Below, piece by piece: positions 63,114-64,000 of a stretch of DNA of 64,000 nt. The stretch spans positions 379,933-443,932 of the forward strand of contig JAQGDQ010000146.1 of assembly GCA_030141605.1 (NCBI GenBank), in the 5' to 3' direction. Position 1 is the first letter of the stretch. Every line of letters starts with the position of its first letter. This DNA comes from Tubiluchus corallicola (lineage: Eukaryota; Animalia; Priapulida). The notes beneath the pieces were generated by a model. It saw nothing but the letters and a program-made list of their open reading frames with translations, was not told the DNA's origin and searched no databases. A program made the translations under genes and the position numbers.

Positions 63114-63839
63114 TAGCAGGTTGATTAGCTGGTCATTTTTGTACTTTCCGAGTCAAAAAGTATCCGTCCATTGTTGACTGTTTATTGGACTTAATATTCG
63201 AAACTTGTCTGGAGCAGCTAGGGTGCTGCCTCTTGTGGTGGCGGTTGAGTGGACAATGGTTTTTAAAGTAGTTTTTATACAGACGGCATTTCGTCCTTTT
63301 TTTATGAGGGAAAATAAATAAGTGTAACAAACGTTTGTGATTTTTGGGTTATTTGGTTAAGAAGTAACTCTATAAAAGGGTCTGCTTCGTCATTCTTTGA
63401 TGTTTTATATGGTCATTGTCTTTTTAAGTTCTTATCTGTTTTTAATATTGTGACGTTACAGTAAAGTTAATCTGGTATTCTAAATTTAAAAAACAAACGA
63501 TGCAAGGTAAATTGTGTTCTAAAAGATATATTCATGATAAAATGGATTCATGACAGCAGTAAATGGTATAATGAATTACAATTGAACAGAAAAAAATTCA
63601 GTAAGCAAGTAACCCAAATGCTTTAGTTTGAAAGCTTTAAAGATATTTTTGCAAAAATAACAAAAACAAAAACAACCGAAACTTGGCAGGATTAAAAAGT
63701 TGCCATGTAAGTGTTACAATTATTGCACAATTTTGTATTATTATTATTTTCACATTTTAAGGAATTACAATTTGTTCTTTAAGCATTTTTTTGTTTTTAT
63801 TGCTGACGGATGTAGCAATTACAATAATAAGATATTTGT

Positions 63840-64000
63840 TTAAAGTAAAATCGGGCCCAATCTTAAACTGCAGGTCAAAACAATCTACTTTTTAAAATAT
63901 TGTTGTACAAAAAACAGGTGCTATACCTCTCAGTTCAGATGTGTTAGTTTGTGACAAACTACACACGTTTGACAGCTCGTGTGTAAGCATAGCGGTAAAT
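63840..64000 (+). mobile_element. Kolobok-like family A copy, internally deleted, cut by the window end
   Basis: ttaaagtaaaatcgggcccaatcttaaactg... Confidence 0.75.

Overview
AT-rich, intron-containing animal DNA, probably a marine invertebrate judging by its gene and transposon content. Three + strand protein-coding genes can be reconstructed by hand. (1) A single-coding-exon 613-aa FKRP/LicD-family Golgi type II protein (28716-30557) whose nucleotidyltransferase motifs look degenerate. (2) A six-coding-exon mitochondrial ornithine carrier, SLC25A15-like: join 37798-37954, 41417-41651, 44127-44300, 45469-45641, 47245-47397, 49116-49261; 345 aa. A heat-shock-element cluster and a putative non-coding first exon lie upstream of it. 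(3) A three-exon Gal/GlcNAc-6-O-type carbohydrate sulfotransferase: join 56375-56489, 58552-58722, 60851-61836; 423 aa. The 5' end of a minus-strand gene may lie near 8.3-8.9 kb. The rest is dense with non-autonomous DNA transposons: four TTAA-flanked Kolobok-like families, one unassigned TIR family, and Tc1/pogo-like, hAT and Harbinger relics. There is also a LINE 3' fragment, several minisatellites and microsatellites. No CRISPR, rRNA or bona fide tRNA was seen. I cannot demonstrate a new biological system from sequence alone. The best leads are the FKRP-like pseudo-enzyme, the HSE cluster at the ornithine carrier, a structured intronic RNA candidate, and several unusual transposon architectures. 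Repeat boundaries are approximate, read by eye.
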